A DNA stretch of 34,663 nt, from UHGV virus genome UHGV-0173140. The stretch is one strand, 5' to 3'. The notes beneath the pieces are model-generated. The model had not been told where the DNA came from and did no database searches. It saw nothing but the letters and a program-made list of their open reading frames with translations. The translations under genes were made by a program, and so were the position numbers. Each line of letters opens with the position of its first letter. Position 1 is the stretch's first letter. Source of the stretch: a virus. Of this stretch, positions 23,893 to 32,818 are shown piece by piece.

Positions 23893-24059
23893 TTCTTTTT
23901 ACTCCCGGTTAGTTTGGCAATCCAACGATTTTCATTAACGCTGGGAAAACTGTTATTGAACTTACACTGACGTTCTTCTTCTTTTGTCAACGGTTTAAAT
24001 TTAGAACGACAGGTCAACGTACCGTAAATTGATGTTAAGTTGTCTGACATAGTTTTCAT
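23889..24059 (-). CDS. small hypothetical protein (56 aa)
   Basis: ATGA-coupled to the ParB-like stop and to the downstream start. Confidence 0.3.
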   Translation of the reverse strand: MKTMSDNLTSIYGTLTCRSKFKPLTKEEERQCKFNNSFPSVNENRWIAKLTGSKKK

Positions 24060-24823
24060 AACTGGTGCTCCTTCAGTGCTTTTAACGCTTCGAACTGTTC
24101 AGTGGTGAGTTCAACCAGGACTTTACCACCTTCCGAACGGGTTACAGACCATTCACCACGGATTGCTTCCACTGCAGATCGTACTAGTTTAGCAGGTGGA
24201 CGACGCGTTACTACTGGTTCTTTATCACCTGCTTTAAACTGGCGTATGGCTGCTGACGCGCTGATTTCACCATTCTGGATCCGACGTTTAAGTTCCAGCG
24301 GCATATCAAGAATATTCAGTTGTTCGTAAACATGTTGGACGGTTTTACCGACCTGTGTAGCGATCTGCTCAACACTCATGCCATATGAACGGAAACGACC
24401 GTAAATAACAGCACGTTCAACAGGTGACCACGGTTTACCTTCATTACCTTTTAATAGTGTCAGGGTCTGCTGTAGTTCATCACCAGATGATTCAACAACG
24501 TCTACTGTCAGAATCGGCGTCCCGGCCTCAATAGCTGCCAATACGCCACGTAAACGATGCTCACCATCCTGGACATACGGAACACCGTCAACAACCTGTA
24601 CCACGATCGGTGGAACGAAATCGCCGTTGGTATAAGCCTGACGAAAGTTTTCAATGTGTGCCAGTGCTGCTTCAGTTTCCCAGTAGTTGTCGGTAAACAC
24701 ACCCCGTGGGTTATGACCCGGGCGAATCTTGATGATACGCGGATCAATGCGATATGCGTTACCACGTTTTACGTTGGTTTTATCGGTATCAGACAGCTTG
24801 CGAAGGGAGTTAATGTTAGCCAT
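24056..24823 (-). CDS. ParB-like nuclease-domain (ParB/Srx) protein
   Basis: VQDGEHRLRGV motif in an N-terminal ParB-type fold; helical C-terminal half. Confidence 0.65.
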   Translation of the reverse strand: MANINSLRKLSDTDKTNVKRGNAYRIDPRIIKIRPGHNPRGVFTDNYWETEAALAHIENFRQAYTNGDFVPPIVVQVVDGVPYVQDGEHRLRGVLAAIEAGTPILTVDVVESSGDELQQTLTLLKGNEGKPWSPVERAVIYGRFRSYGMSVEQIATQVGKTVQHVYEQLNILDMPLELKRRIQNGEISASAAIRQFKAGDKEPVVTRRPPAKLVRSAVEAIRGEWSVTRSEGGKVLVELTTEQFEALKALKEHQL

Positions 24824-24857
24824 GGTTGTTAGTCCTGTTTGCGTCCGAAATTAGTTT

Positions 24858-25049
24858 TTACCAGAAAGTCGATAGCATACTGCTGACCTTCTGCAGTAAG
24901 GAAAGTGAAATAGGTTTCTTTCTGATATTCAGTTTTTGTATCGCACGTAGCGGCAAAACCGTAAGCGCGAAGTTCAGCAGCACCTGATTTAGACGGTAAA
25001 TCGCCAGAGTAAAGAGCACCACGGAAAAATAATGCATAAATAACCTCAT
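24858..25049 (-). CDS. small hydrophobic ORF downstream of promoter (uncertain)
   Basis: Only ATG-initiated frame in this gap; an overlapping frame looks more protein-like but has no start codon. Confidence 0.25.
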   Translation of the reverse strand: MRLFMHYFSVVLFTLAIYRLNQVLLNFALTVLPLRAIQKLNIRKKPISLSLLQKVSSMLSTFW

Positions 25050-25067
25050 GTGTGTTAACTGAGGCTA

Positions 25068-25110
25068 ATTATCGGGGAGGGTTGGTAATCTGTCAAGAAT
25101 TATTTTAAGG
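25068..25110 (-). promoter_or_regulatory. conserved promoter copy, minus strand (TTGACA; -10 GATAAT)
   Basis: Reverse complement reads ccttaaaataattcttgacagattaccaaccctccccgataat. Confidence 0.55.
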
Positions 25111-25500
25111 ATACGGAACCCACACAGTTAAACCAGCTTTCAACATGCGACGGTGCATATCAGCAGTACCACGACCACCGGGGAACATAACACCGTATAT
25201 AGGGCGTGGTTCACCCTCTAACATCGCCTGATTACGTTGATGACCTGCAACAGCGTTATAAGCCCCGTGCTTACCCTGTTTTACAACCGCACCAGGTACA
25301 GTCAGATCGTCCCACGCTGCCGGGCAACTACGCACAGGAATACCGTGTAATTGCGCCCATTGCTTACACAGGTTATCAACACCTGACGCACCTCCTTCAA
25401 TTAGTTCGGTAACCGGAAATTGTTTGTGAAGTAGTCCTAACGCGGAAAACACTGCTGTTCTGTCGTTAAAGTCACGACCACCTGTGACGACAATTATCAT
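25105..25500 (-). CDS. SLOG-superfamily protein (DUF2493/YspA-like)
   Basis: IIVVTGGRDFNDR, EGGASGVDNLCKQWA, RNQAML and FPGGRGTADM match the DUF2493 pattern from memory. Confidence 0.6.
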   Translation of the reverse strand: MIIVVTGGRDFNDRTAVFSALGLLHKQFPVTELIEGGASGVDNLCKQWAQLHGIPVRSCPAAWDDLTVPGAVVKQGKHGAYNAVAGHQRNQAMLEGEPRPIYGVMFPGGRGTADMHRRMLKAGLTVWVPYP

Positions 25501-26177
25501 TGTTTATTAGCCTCAAATACAGCGCGAGCAAAGCCACGCGGGGTTAATGAACGTAATTGTTTAGTTGTTTCAGACTTACCACCCAGATATTTCCAGCCCC
25601 AGAAGAAACCAATATTAATCGGTCCGGGACGTTTTTCAGGCATTCTGAAACCGTTACCGAACCACAGACATGTTTTCTTCGTGTATCCGTCAAACATCGG
25701 CATTTTAGGGTGAAAAGGTTTATCATCTGTTGTCATATAACCGCCATATTCCCACGGATGAAAATAAGCGTTAGGTGGTCCCATCATTTCAGGACGCGAT
25801 AAAGCACCGACAGGGTTTTCCACCATCCAGGGTACGTTATAACGTTCTCCGAGTTCACGGATCAGTTTTGCGTTTGCCAGTGCATACTGTAGTTCAGCGT
25901 CATCCCGGTCATGTTGCGAACCGCTTTGAGCAAACAGGGTGCAATCCGGAAAACCAAAAATAATTGACGGTAAAGGTGTTCCCAGTATTTCCTGCTTAAT
26001 TGCAAATTGTGGGTCAATCCACTGATTAACGTAATGAAGATTTGGGTGTTGCATTTTGATTTTATATTCCCCGTGATTACCGGAATCAGCATTAAAGCAA
26101 TAAGCCTGATAGCCAGCCTTAGCCCACGGTAAACCCATGATCCCGGAACCATCGAATAATGACCAGACGACTTTCAT
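25497..26177 (-). CDS. short DNA (cytosine-5)-methyltransferase-like protein
   Basis: Motif I-like LFDGSG, motif IV-like GFPDCTLFAQSG, motif VI-like MVENPVG; only 226 aa with no obvious target-recognition domain. Confidence 0.45.
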   Translation of the reverse strand: MKVVWSLFDGSGIMGLPWAKAGYQAYCFNADSGNHGEYKIKMQHPNLHYVNQWIDPQFAIKQEILGTPLPSIIFGFPDCTLFAQSGSQHDRDDAELQYALANAKLIRELGERYNVPWMVENPVGALSRPEMMGPPNAYFHPWEYGGYMTTDDKPFHPKMPMFDGYTKKTCLWFGNGFRMPEKRPGPINIGFFWGWKYLGGKSETTKQLRSLTPRGFARAVFEANKQ

Positions 26178-26389
26178 CCTTCTGTCTCCTCGACGATTCG
26201 TGTGATTTTAACAGGTGCAATTGTTACTTTTTTACAATTGAAACCTTGATCACGGAGTGCTTTAAGTGCAACACCAGCCATGTAAGTTGAACTGAACAGA
26301 GTAGCGTCACTAATATCAACCCAGGTAATCCGGGTATCAATATGTGCATAACGGTCTTCTTTTTTGATTACAGCACCGAATTCAGTCAT
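26174..26389 (-). CDS. hypothetical protein
   Basis: Track ORF; ATGA-coupled. Confidence 0.4.
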   Translation of the reverse strand: MTEFGAVIKKEDRYAHIDTRITWVDISDATLFSSTYMAGVALKALRDQGFNCKKVTIAPVKITRIVEETEG

Positions 26390-26579
26390 GATCGTTTTTC
26401 ACTCCCCACATGCAAGCACCAATTGATGCCGCAGCCGCTAATAATCCAAGATCCGCCAGAAACCACCACGGTGTTTCCGCATGATTACCACGGGTCATTA
26501 GTCCGACAATACAAGACGCGAGTGTTACGGACACAAGAAATACGATAACAGTAATTAAACGGTCAAATATGTTTTTCAT
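26382..26579 (-). CDS. small membrane protein
   Basis: Start at MKNIFD with aaggag SD (track 26382-26624); two hydrophobic helices. Confidence 0.45.
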   Translation of the reverse strand: MKNIFDRLITVIVFLVSVTLASCIVGLMTRGNHAETPWWFLADLGLLAAAASIGACMWGVKNDHD

Positions 26580-26610
26580 AATAATCACTCCTTGTTCACT
26601 TGATGTACAG

Positions 26611-26652
26611 ACTATAGCGTACACATCTGTAATTCGTCAAGAATTATTTTAC
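26611..26652 (-). promoter_or_regulatory. conserved promoter copy, minus strand (TTGACG; -10 TATAGT)
   Basis: Reverse complement reads gtgtaaaataattcttgacgaattacagatg... Confidence 0.5.
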
Positions 26653-26669
26653 ACATCCTTGTGCAATGA

Positions 26670-29024
26670 CTAACCGTTACTCGCAGGTGGGAAAGGCACT
26701 ACATTAGCTGTTGACTGAAAAGGGAGAAGACGAATACCCCTGAAACCGTTTAGTCGTACGTTATTTATATTAACAACGTCTTTTTTCACTTTACCACGAA
26801 GGGTGGATTTAAACGCCCGACTAAATGCAGTTTTAGTCATTGCTGGACCACCTTCCTGTGTTTTCCAGAGACGATAACGACCATAGAGTTCTTCAGTGTG
26901 CACCTCACCATCAGATACCAATTCGCAACAATCTCTGATAAAACTTCTAAGTGGTGATTGTTGATCCATAATTTCCTGACGTTCTTCCAGACTTGCTTTT
27001 GGTTCAGTAAACCGTCCGTTTGCACGTAACCGTTGTAAACCTTCAATCGCCCAGTTACAGATCCCCGGTAGTTCTTTCATCAGTCGTGCTTCCAGAGTAG
27101 TATCTTCACGACCCAGGAACGAAATGTTGAATGGCAGGATCAGCAAACGGTTAGCCATTGCACCGGAATCATCAGCAAATGCCGGGATGTTGTTAGCAGC
27201 CAGTGTCATACGTCCCGGTAAACGACCGTTCCATGCACCTTTATATTTACGATTAACCGGAATCGCATCACAACCTGTAATAGATTTGAAACGGTCCAGA
27301 ATTCGGTTGCGATCAGGCCCGGACACACTGTGAGCATCACCGATAAACAGCACAGATTTATCCAGCACAGTTTCAAGTACCGCATCACTAGCTAAACCCT
27401 CCAGTGTGATCCCCGCATACGCTTCATCACCTACCAGTGCCTGAATGATACGACCAATCGTGCCTTTACCGGAACGTGGTGCACCAATCAACAGCATCGC
27501 TTTCTGATAGTCATACGAGTTGACAAGCATGTAACCCAGCCATTCCTGCAACAGTGCAATACGTTCCTGATCACCTTCCAGAGTTGTATTTAAAAACTGT
27601 TCAAACGCTGGTGCACGAGCAAATGGATCGTAGCTATACGGTAAAATACTGGTCGTAAAGAAATCCGGGTTATGTGCATCACATTTACCCGTGTGTACAT
27701 CCAGTATCCCGTTCTGACAAACAATATAGTGTGATACATCAACACCGGGCCATGTTCCAAGCTCACGATCAGCGCGTGTGAATAAATACGACAATACCTT
27801 GTACGTACCATTAATCACGTCAGCTTTTGGTTCGCTGGCAAGCATTGCCATAGAAATTTGATGTTTCAGTTCATCTTCACTGACACGTTCCCACACACGA
27901 CCGTTGAACCGGTACGGCTGTTGCTGGACGAAAATCAATGTGTTGTTCGGATAATAGTTATTAACGAACGTGGATGCGTTAACCGTGTGGTTTGAACCAT
28001 ATGCACCTTCACCGGGTTTCACACTCATGTACGCAGGTGTTCCACCGTTAGGAACGACGGTAGGCGCTGGTGTGACTGCTTTCATCAGTTCTGGTGTCAG
28101 TGTCGGTTGACTACGATAAACCGTATCACAACGTTCCACAGCGCCCAGAATCGTGTTTTCACGGTAATCCTGACGATCTGTCCATTTACCACGAACCAGC
28201 CCGGAACGGTTAAACAATCGTTCAATACGTTCGCAATCTTTCCCGGTCCAGAACGCAAGGTGTGAGCACAGGGCAGCATCAGCGGCAGATGCATTGTAGT
28301 CTTTTCCCTGGTCGCTGGGATATGACACAGACAGGCGTTCAACGTTTGCATTCCACAGATCCGCAAATGACGCTTTATTACCAAATACTGAAGCAGCACT
28401 GGACGAATTTAACGCCATTTTAATCAGTTCATCATCGTCTGCCGGACCTGACCAGTCATCACAGGGTGCTGTTGTCCAGCGTGCGGAACGGTCTGAACGG
28501 ATACGACCATACCGGGCAATAGAATCATGAATGCCCTGGGTATAATCAATATCAACATCACCATTACCCGTGAGTGTCATCGCGACGAAACGATCACGCC
28601 AGTACATTTCCAGCCCGGTTTTCTGGTCGTTAAGACTGTTAAAACCTTCCGGTATGCTGGTATAAGCACAGATGATATGTAAACCTGTTCCTGACTGACT
28701 TACTTCAGTGTAAGCATTTGGGAAACGGTTTACGAATTCATGCGCCAGAGGTGACCACGTAGCTGTTGCCTGATCTACCAGACAGTTATCAACATCGATA
28801 AAGAAATAAGGGTCATTTTCTGTGAATACAAAACCAACACCGGACATACCGTACATTTGCGCCATACCCAACGCGGTGTGATAGTCAGACCAGTCGTTAG
28901 GGTTAGTGGTACTGGCTTTATAACCGTGTACCGGGCTGTATGGTACTTTCGTTGGTTTTGGACGATCGGCGACTGTCTCAAGTCGCCACATGACCCACTG
29001 TTTACGGTTCAGTAACCCTTTCAT
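26670..29024 (-). CDS. DNA primase-helicase (prim-pol N-terminus, PriCT-like middle, D5/P4-type P-loop NTPase C-terminus)
   Basis: FIDVDN and SQSGTGLHI prim-pol motifs; Walker A GAPRSGKGT; 784 aa. Confidence 0.75.
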   Translation of the reverse strand: MKGLLNRKQWVMWRLETVADRPKPTKVPYSPVHGYKASTTNPNDWSDYHTALGMAQMYGMSGVGFVFTENDPYFFIDVDNCLVDQATATWSPLAHEFVNRFPNAYTEVSQSGTGLHIICAYTSIPEGFNSLNDQKTGLEMYWRDRFVAMTLTGNGDVDIDYTQGIHDSIARYGRIRSDRSARWTTAPCDDWSGPADDDELIKMALNSSSAASVFGNKASFADLWNANVERLSVSYPSDQGKDYNASAADAALCSHLAFWTGKDCERIERLFNRSGLVRGKWTDRQDYRENTILGAVERCDTVYRSQPTLTPELMKAVTPAPTVVPNGGTPAYMSVKPGEGAYGSNHTVNASTFVNNYYPNNTLIFVQQQPYRFNGRVWERVSEDELKHQISMAMLASEPKADVINGTYKVLSYLFTRADRELGTWPGVDVSHYIVCQNGILDVHTGKCDAHNPDFFTTSILPYSYDPFARAPAFEQFLNTTLEGDQERIALLQEWLGYMLVNSYDYQKAMLLIGAPRSGKGTIGRIIQALVGDEAYAGITLEGLASDAVLETVLDKSVLFIGDAHSVSGPDRNRILDRFKSITGCDAIPVNRKYKGAWNGRLPGRMTLAANNIPAFADDSGAMANRLLILPFNISFLGREDTTLEARLMKELPGICNWAIEGLQRLRANGRFTEPKASLEERQEIMDQQSPLRSFIRDCCELVSDGEVHTEELYGRYRLWKTQEGGPAMTKTAFSRAFKSTLRGKVKKDVVNINNVRLNGFRGIRLLPFQSTANVVPFPPASNG

Positions 29025-29027
29025 AAT

Positions 29028-29201
29028 TTACGCTCCGAACTGACGTTCAGCAGCCATCAGTTTGACCAGGTTGATAGCAGATCGCCCGGTAAGCAGATTA
29101 CGTTTAACATGAATTTCAGTAACGTTCAGACGTTTGGCAACAGCTTCAATACCGTGGTTATCAATCAGTTTTTGCAGACGTTCAATGCGTTCAGTATTCA
29201 T
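29028..29201 (-). CDS. small hypothetical protein (57 aa), possible HTH
   Basis: MNTERIERLQKLIDNHGIEAVAKRLNVTEIHVKRNLL...; fills the gap between neighbours. Confidence 0.35.
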   Translation of the reverse strand: MNTERIERLQKLIDNHGIEAVAKRLNVTEIHVKRNLLTGRSAINLVKLMAAERQFGA

Positions 29202-29689
29202 TGTTTAATCCATTTTTCAAATTGTGAAGGGTGAGTGATGAAACGAAATTCACCACCTGCGTTTTCAACAATCGCACCGAAAGTGGCCTGTGCTTGTGCA
29301 CGTTTATCACTGGGGATCATGTGCCAGTCAGGGCGTTTCATTTCGGCAGCAATAAAGACGCCCACTTTTGAACCGATCATATCCGGTGTAACGATTTTGG
29401 TTTTAATGCCGATGTAGTCGCTTGACTTCATAACAGCGTTGATTTTCGCACTGGTGTTACCAAGACCATAACGAACCATCATTCCTTTTTCGTTTTTCAG
29501 AGCACCTGAGTTATTACGCCAGATACGTTGCCCTGCACGTGCCGCAATCAGTTCACACTCTTTACTGGTAGCGCTTTCACTTACACCGTCTTCGTGTGGT
29601 GTTCCGTCAGGCTGATAAAGAGCGTATAACTCGTACAACGCCATCTGACTAATACCGTGACGAATCGCCCATTGTTCAAGCGTTGTCAT
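29198..29689 (-). CDS. VRR-NUC-like PD-(D/E)XK nuclease
   Basis: SDYIGI ... GVFIAAEMK pattern (D...E.K). Confidence 0.6.
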   Translation of the reverse strand: MTTLEQWAIRHGISQMALYELYALYQPDGTPHEDGVSESATSKECELIAARAGQRIWRNNSGALKNEKGMMVRYGLGNTSAKINAVMKSSDYIGIKTKIVTPDMIGSKVGVFIAAEMKRPDWHMIPSDKRAQAQATFGAIVENAGGEFRFITHPSQFEKWIKQ

Positions 29690-30192
29690 AATATTTTAGT
29701 CCCACTAGTAAGATATTTAATCTGGTGTAAACAGTCGTCTAACGCGTTGTGGTAAGTACCGTCACGGGTAAATTCTTTCGGGTTAATACCCAGCAAATCA
29801 ACAGCTGTACGAACATCACGAACATTCCAGAACTTCCACGGGCAACGAACCCCAACAGCATTAAACCATGCTTCCAGAATAGTGATATCGAATGTGGAAC
29901 CATTTCCCCACGGTTTAGCATCGTGCCAGATGAATTTGGCAAAATCTTTAGCAACCTGAACAGGATCGGCAGTACCACTAAAAGCATCTTTTTGTGCTTG
30001 TTCTGACTGCTGCGACCACCACTTCATAGTGTCAGGGTCCGTGTGACCATAAGCAAGCGCATTAAAACCCATTGATGCGTAAAACGTTTCACCAATATCA
30101 CCCTGACGATCAAAGTAAACAGCGCCAATTGACAACACTGCACAACCTGGTTTAGTACCACACGTCTCAATGTCAACCATCAAATCACGCAT
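29686..30192 (-). CDS. DEDD-family 3'-5' exonuclease
   Basis: Exo I MVDIETCG and Exo III-like YHNALDD. Confidence 0.65.
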   Translation of the reverse strand: MRDLMVDIETCGTKPGCAVLSIGAVYFDRQGDIGETFYASMGFNALAYGHTDPDTMKWWSQQSEQAQKDAFSGTADPVQVAKDFAKFIWHDAKPWGNGSTFDITILEAWFNAVGVRCPWKFWNVRDVRTAVDLLGINPKEFTRDGTYHNALDDCLHQIKYLTSGTKIL

Positions 30193-30233
30193 TACAATTC
30201 CTTACGTTTAAAATATTTCTATGCAGATTACCA

Positions 30234-31895
30234 TCAGATTAATGAACTTGCAACCCTTGCAGCGAGTTCATTAGCTTCACGAGTACGTAACCCCTGAGCG
30301 CTAAGTACATCAACACCAAACACCCTGTAAAACATCTTGTAAGCGTCATCAACGGGTATACCTTTATCACGTTGAATACCCGCCCATGTGGTAATCATGC
30401 CGCGTAACTTACGCTGTGCATCGTTCATTGCCTGAATGTTTTTCATTGCACTGTAAGCTGCAACAGGGGGTGCACCAGCGTTTAACATTTGTTCTTTTAC
30501 TGCAACAGGGTCACGGTCGATTATCACAACTGCCCGGCGTAATTCTTCCAGTTCTTCAGGTGTCAGTTCACGTAAATTACCTTCTACACGATCCGGGCCT
30601 GAGCGTTCGGCTTTTTCAGGAATATGACCACAATATGGGCAGCACGGCAGACCAGACGGATAAGGCTTCAGACACGGTGGAATACCGTTATCAGGATCAC
30701 CCTTGTTTGTACACGTTGTGTTACTGTTCCCACTGCTGTTTGATGAACGACGGTCACGGTCATCTAAAGACCAGTTGTAGTGCTGATCGGGAAGTGGAAA
30801 ACCACGGGCCAGAAATCGACGAACATTACCGACTTTATCAATAATCAGTGCTTTTTTACCCGGTTTGAAACGCAATGGTCGACCCATTTGTTGTACAAAC
30901 AAAGAGTAAGATTCTGTGGGACGGTCCATTACTGCACATTCCATTGCCGGACAGTCGTATCCTTCACCGAATAAATCGTTGTTACACAGTACAAGCGTCT
31001 TACGTCGTTCAAAACGTTCCAGGATATCCGCTCGTTCCTGATTGCTGTTTCGTGAGCTGATCGCCTCTGCAGGAATACCAGCATCGCGAAATTCTTTTGC
31101 CAGTGCTTCAGCAGAATCTACGTCACACGTAAAAACAACAGTGAGTAAGCCATCTGCATATGTTTTCCACGTACTGACGGTATCACCAACAATGTTTGAA
31201 TCTTCCATCGCTTTTTTTAATGCAGATGGTTTGTAATCACCCGTCGTGTGAGAAATCATTTCTGCAGTTAATTCCAGGTCTGTTTCAGCCATAATCAGAC
31301 GATAATCAGCCAGATGTTGTTGACTGATTAACTCACGCATTGACGGACCAATGATCATTTGATCTGCGTAACCTGACGCATGACGACCCAGGCCTTTACC
31401 GTCAGCACGGATCGGTGTAGCTGTAACACCCAGACCTTTAGCGTTAGGGAATTTTTCCCGGCAGTCTCCCCACTGTGTGCCACGTACCAGGTGATGCGCT
31501 TCGTCGCTGAACACAAGAGACACGTCGTTGTACCATCGTTCGTACTGTTTTGTTCTTAACGTTTGTGAACTGGTAATAACGATGTCAGCGCCGGGGGAAT
31601 AGGTACTGTAACCAAGCGTTTTCATCTGCTGATTAGTTGCAAACTTAACAGTATCTTTTTGCGCTATAAATCTGTGTGCTAACCCTTGACGAGCAACAGC
31701 CATTGCGATTTGGCTAACCAGTTCCTTACGGTGTGCCTGGATGACTTTTACACCGTCTCTTGTTTTTACCAGTTCAGACATACAGAACGTTTTTCCTGCC
31801 CCCGTGGGAAGCACAAGAATCACGTCGTCAGCACCGCTGGACCATGCCTGACATACGTTATTGATAGCTTCAGTCTGATAATAACGAGCTTTCAT
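30234..31895 (-). CDS. superfamily 2 DEAH-box helicase
   Basis: Motif I LPTGAGKTF, motif II VFSDEAHH, motif III TATP, motif VI QQMGRPLR; C-terminal Cys cluster. Confidence 0.8.
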   Translation of the reverse strand: MKARYYQTEAINNVCQAWSSGADDVILVLPTGAGKTFCMSELVKTRDGVKVIQAHRKELVSQIAMAVARQGLAHRFIAQKDTVKFATNQQMKTLGYSTYSPGADIVITSSQTLRTKQYERWYNDVSLVFSDEAHHLVRGTQWGDCREKFPNAKGLGVTATPIRADGKGLGRHASGYADQMIIGPSMRELISQQHLADYRLIMAETDLELTAEMISHTTGDYKPSALKKAMEDSNIVGDTVSTWKTYADGLLTVVFTCDVDSAEALAKEFRDAGIPAEAISSRNSNQERADILERFERRKTLVLCNNDLFGEGYDCPAMECAVMDRPTESYSLFVQQMGRPLRFKPGKKALIIDKVGNVRRFLARGFPLPDQHYNWSLDDRDRRSSNSSGNSNTTCTNKGDPDNGIPPCLKPYPSGLPCCPYCGHIPEKAERSGPDRVEGNLRELTPEELEELRRAVVIIDRDPVAVKEQMLNAGAPPVAAYSAMKNIQAMNDAQRKLRGMITTWAGIQRDKGIPVDDAYKMFYRVFGVDVLSAQGLRTREANELAARVASSLI

Positions 31896-31926
31896 TTTCT
31901 ACCCTGTAATATCGAATCGTGAAAAA

Positions 31927-31971
31927 ATTTTAAAATAGTTCTTGACGCATTGCAACTTATTCCTCTAACAT
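31927..31971 (+). promoter_or_regulatory. conserved promoter copy (TTGACG 31942-31947) overlapping a divergent minus-strand promoter (TTGCAA 31950-31955, -10 TAAAAT at 31927-31932)
   Basis: ttttaaaatagttcttgacgcattgcaac; the reverse complement gives TTGCAA-17-TAAAAT facing the helicase gene. Confidence 0.5.
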
Positions 31972-31992
31972 CTGCATCAACGAAAGGCGAGT

Positions 31993-32034
31993 GTAAAATA
32001 ATTCTTGACAGATTACACAACACCTTTTAAAGTT
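31993..32034 (+). promoter_or_regulatory. conserved promoter copy (TTGACA 32005-32010, -10 taaagt)
   Basis: gtgtaaaataattcttgacagattacac; second of two tandem promoters. Confidence 0.5.
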
Positions 32035-32065
32035 AGCGACAACCAAACAACAAGAGGAAAACGTA

Positions 32066-32818
32066 ATGTTCGAAGTTAAATTACTTGTAACTGCTCCGGG
32101 TCTGGAAACTGCGATCAACAATCTGGCAGCAGCGATTGCTGGTAAAAGTGTCTCACCGATTACGAAAGAAGAAATCGTTTCTGTCGTTGCTGAATCACTG
32201 CCTGTTGTATCTACACCAACTGAAGATGTTGACGATAACGAAACCAGCACTGAAGAGTTCGACAAATGGGGTTTGCGTCATGATCCGCGTATCCACACTG
32301 ACAGTAAATCCCTGAACAAAGGTGATGGTCTGTGGCGTCAAAAGAAAAAACTGGATGAAGCGTTTGTTGACGGTGTTAAACGTGAACTTATCGCTGAAGC
32401 AGTTGAAGCAGGGCGTTATACCGGACCTGCAGAACTTGCACCAGGTTATGTAGCACCTGTTGATCCTGCTCCAGCGGTTCCTGCCGCTCCGGTAGCTCCA
32501 GTTGTACCAGCAGCACCGGCTGCACCAGTCGCGCCTGTCGAGCAACCTGTAACCACGGATCCGGCTAAAGTTTATAACACACAGGTTCTTCAGTCAGCAC
32601 TGATGCAGATGTTTGGACAAATTACGGGTGACCGTGCTGCGCCATTAAGTCAGCGAATCATGGGACTGTATGAAACTCAGAACGTGATGCAGATTGACGA
32701 CCCGGTAAAACTGAAATCTATCATCGAACTGATTGAACGCATTAACGCGGCCCCGGCTGATGCTGAAAACATTGTTGGTCAGGCTGAATCTGTTAAACAA
32801 ATGGGTGGAGCATTCTGA
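32066..32818 (+). CDS. hypothetical protein with Pro/Ala/Val-rich linker
   Basis: caagagga SD; central APVDPAPAVPAAPVAPVVPAAPAAPVAPV low-complexity segment. Confidence 0.5.
   Translation: MFEVKLLVTAPGLETAINNLAAAIAGKSVSPITKEEIVSVVAESLPVVSTPTEDVDDNETSTEEFDKWGLRHDPRIHTDSKSLNKGDGLWRQKKKLDEAFVDGVKRELIAEAVEAGRYTGPAELAPGYVAPVDPAPAVPAAPVAPVVPAAPAAPVAPVEQPVTTDPAKVYNTQVLQSALMQMFGQITGDRAAPLSQRIMGLYETQNVMQIDDPVKLKSIIELIERINAAPADAENIVGQAESVKQMGGAF

Noticed and set aside
24102-24329. Plus-strand track ORF antisense to the ParB-like gene
   Set aside because: Antisense to a motif-supported gene; Ser/Arg-rich composition typical of a non-coding frame.
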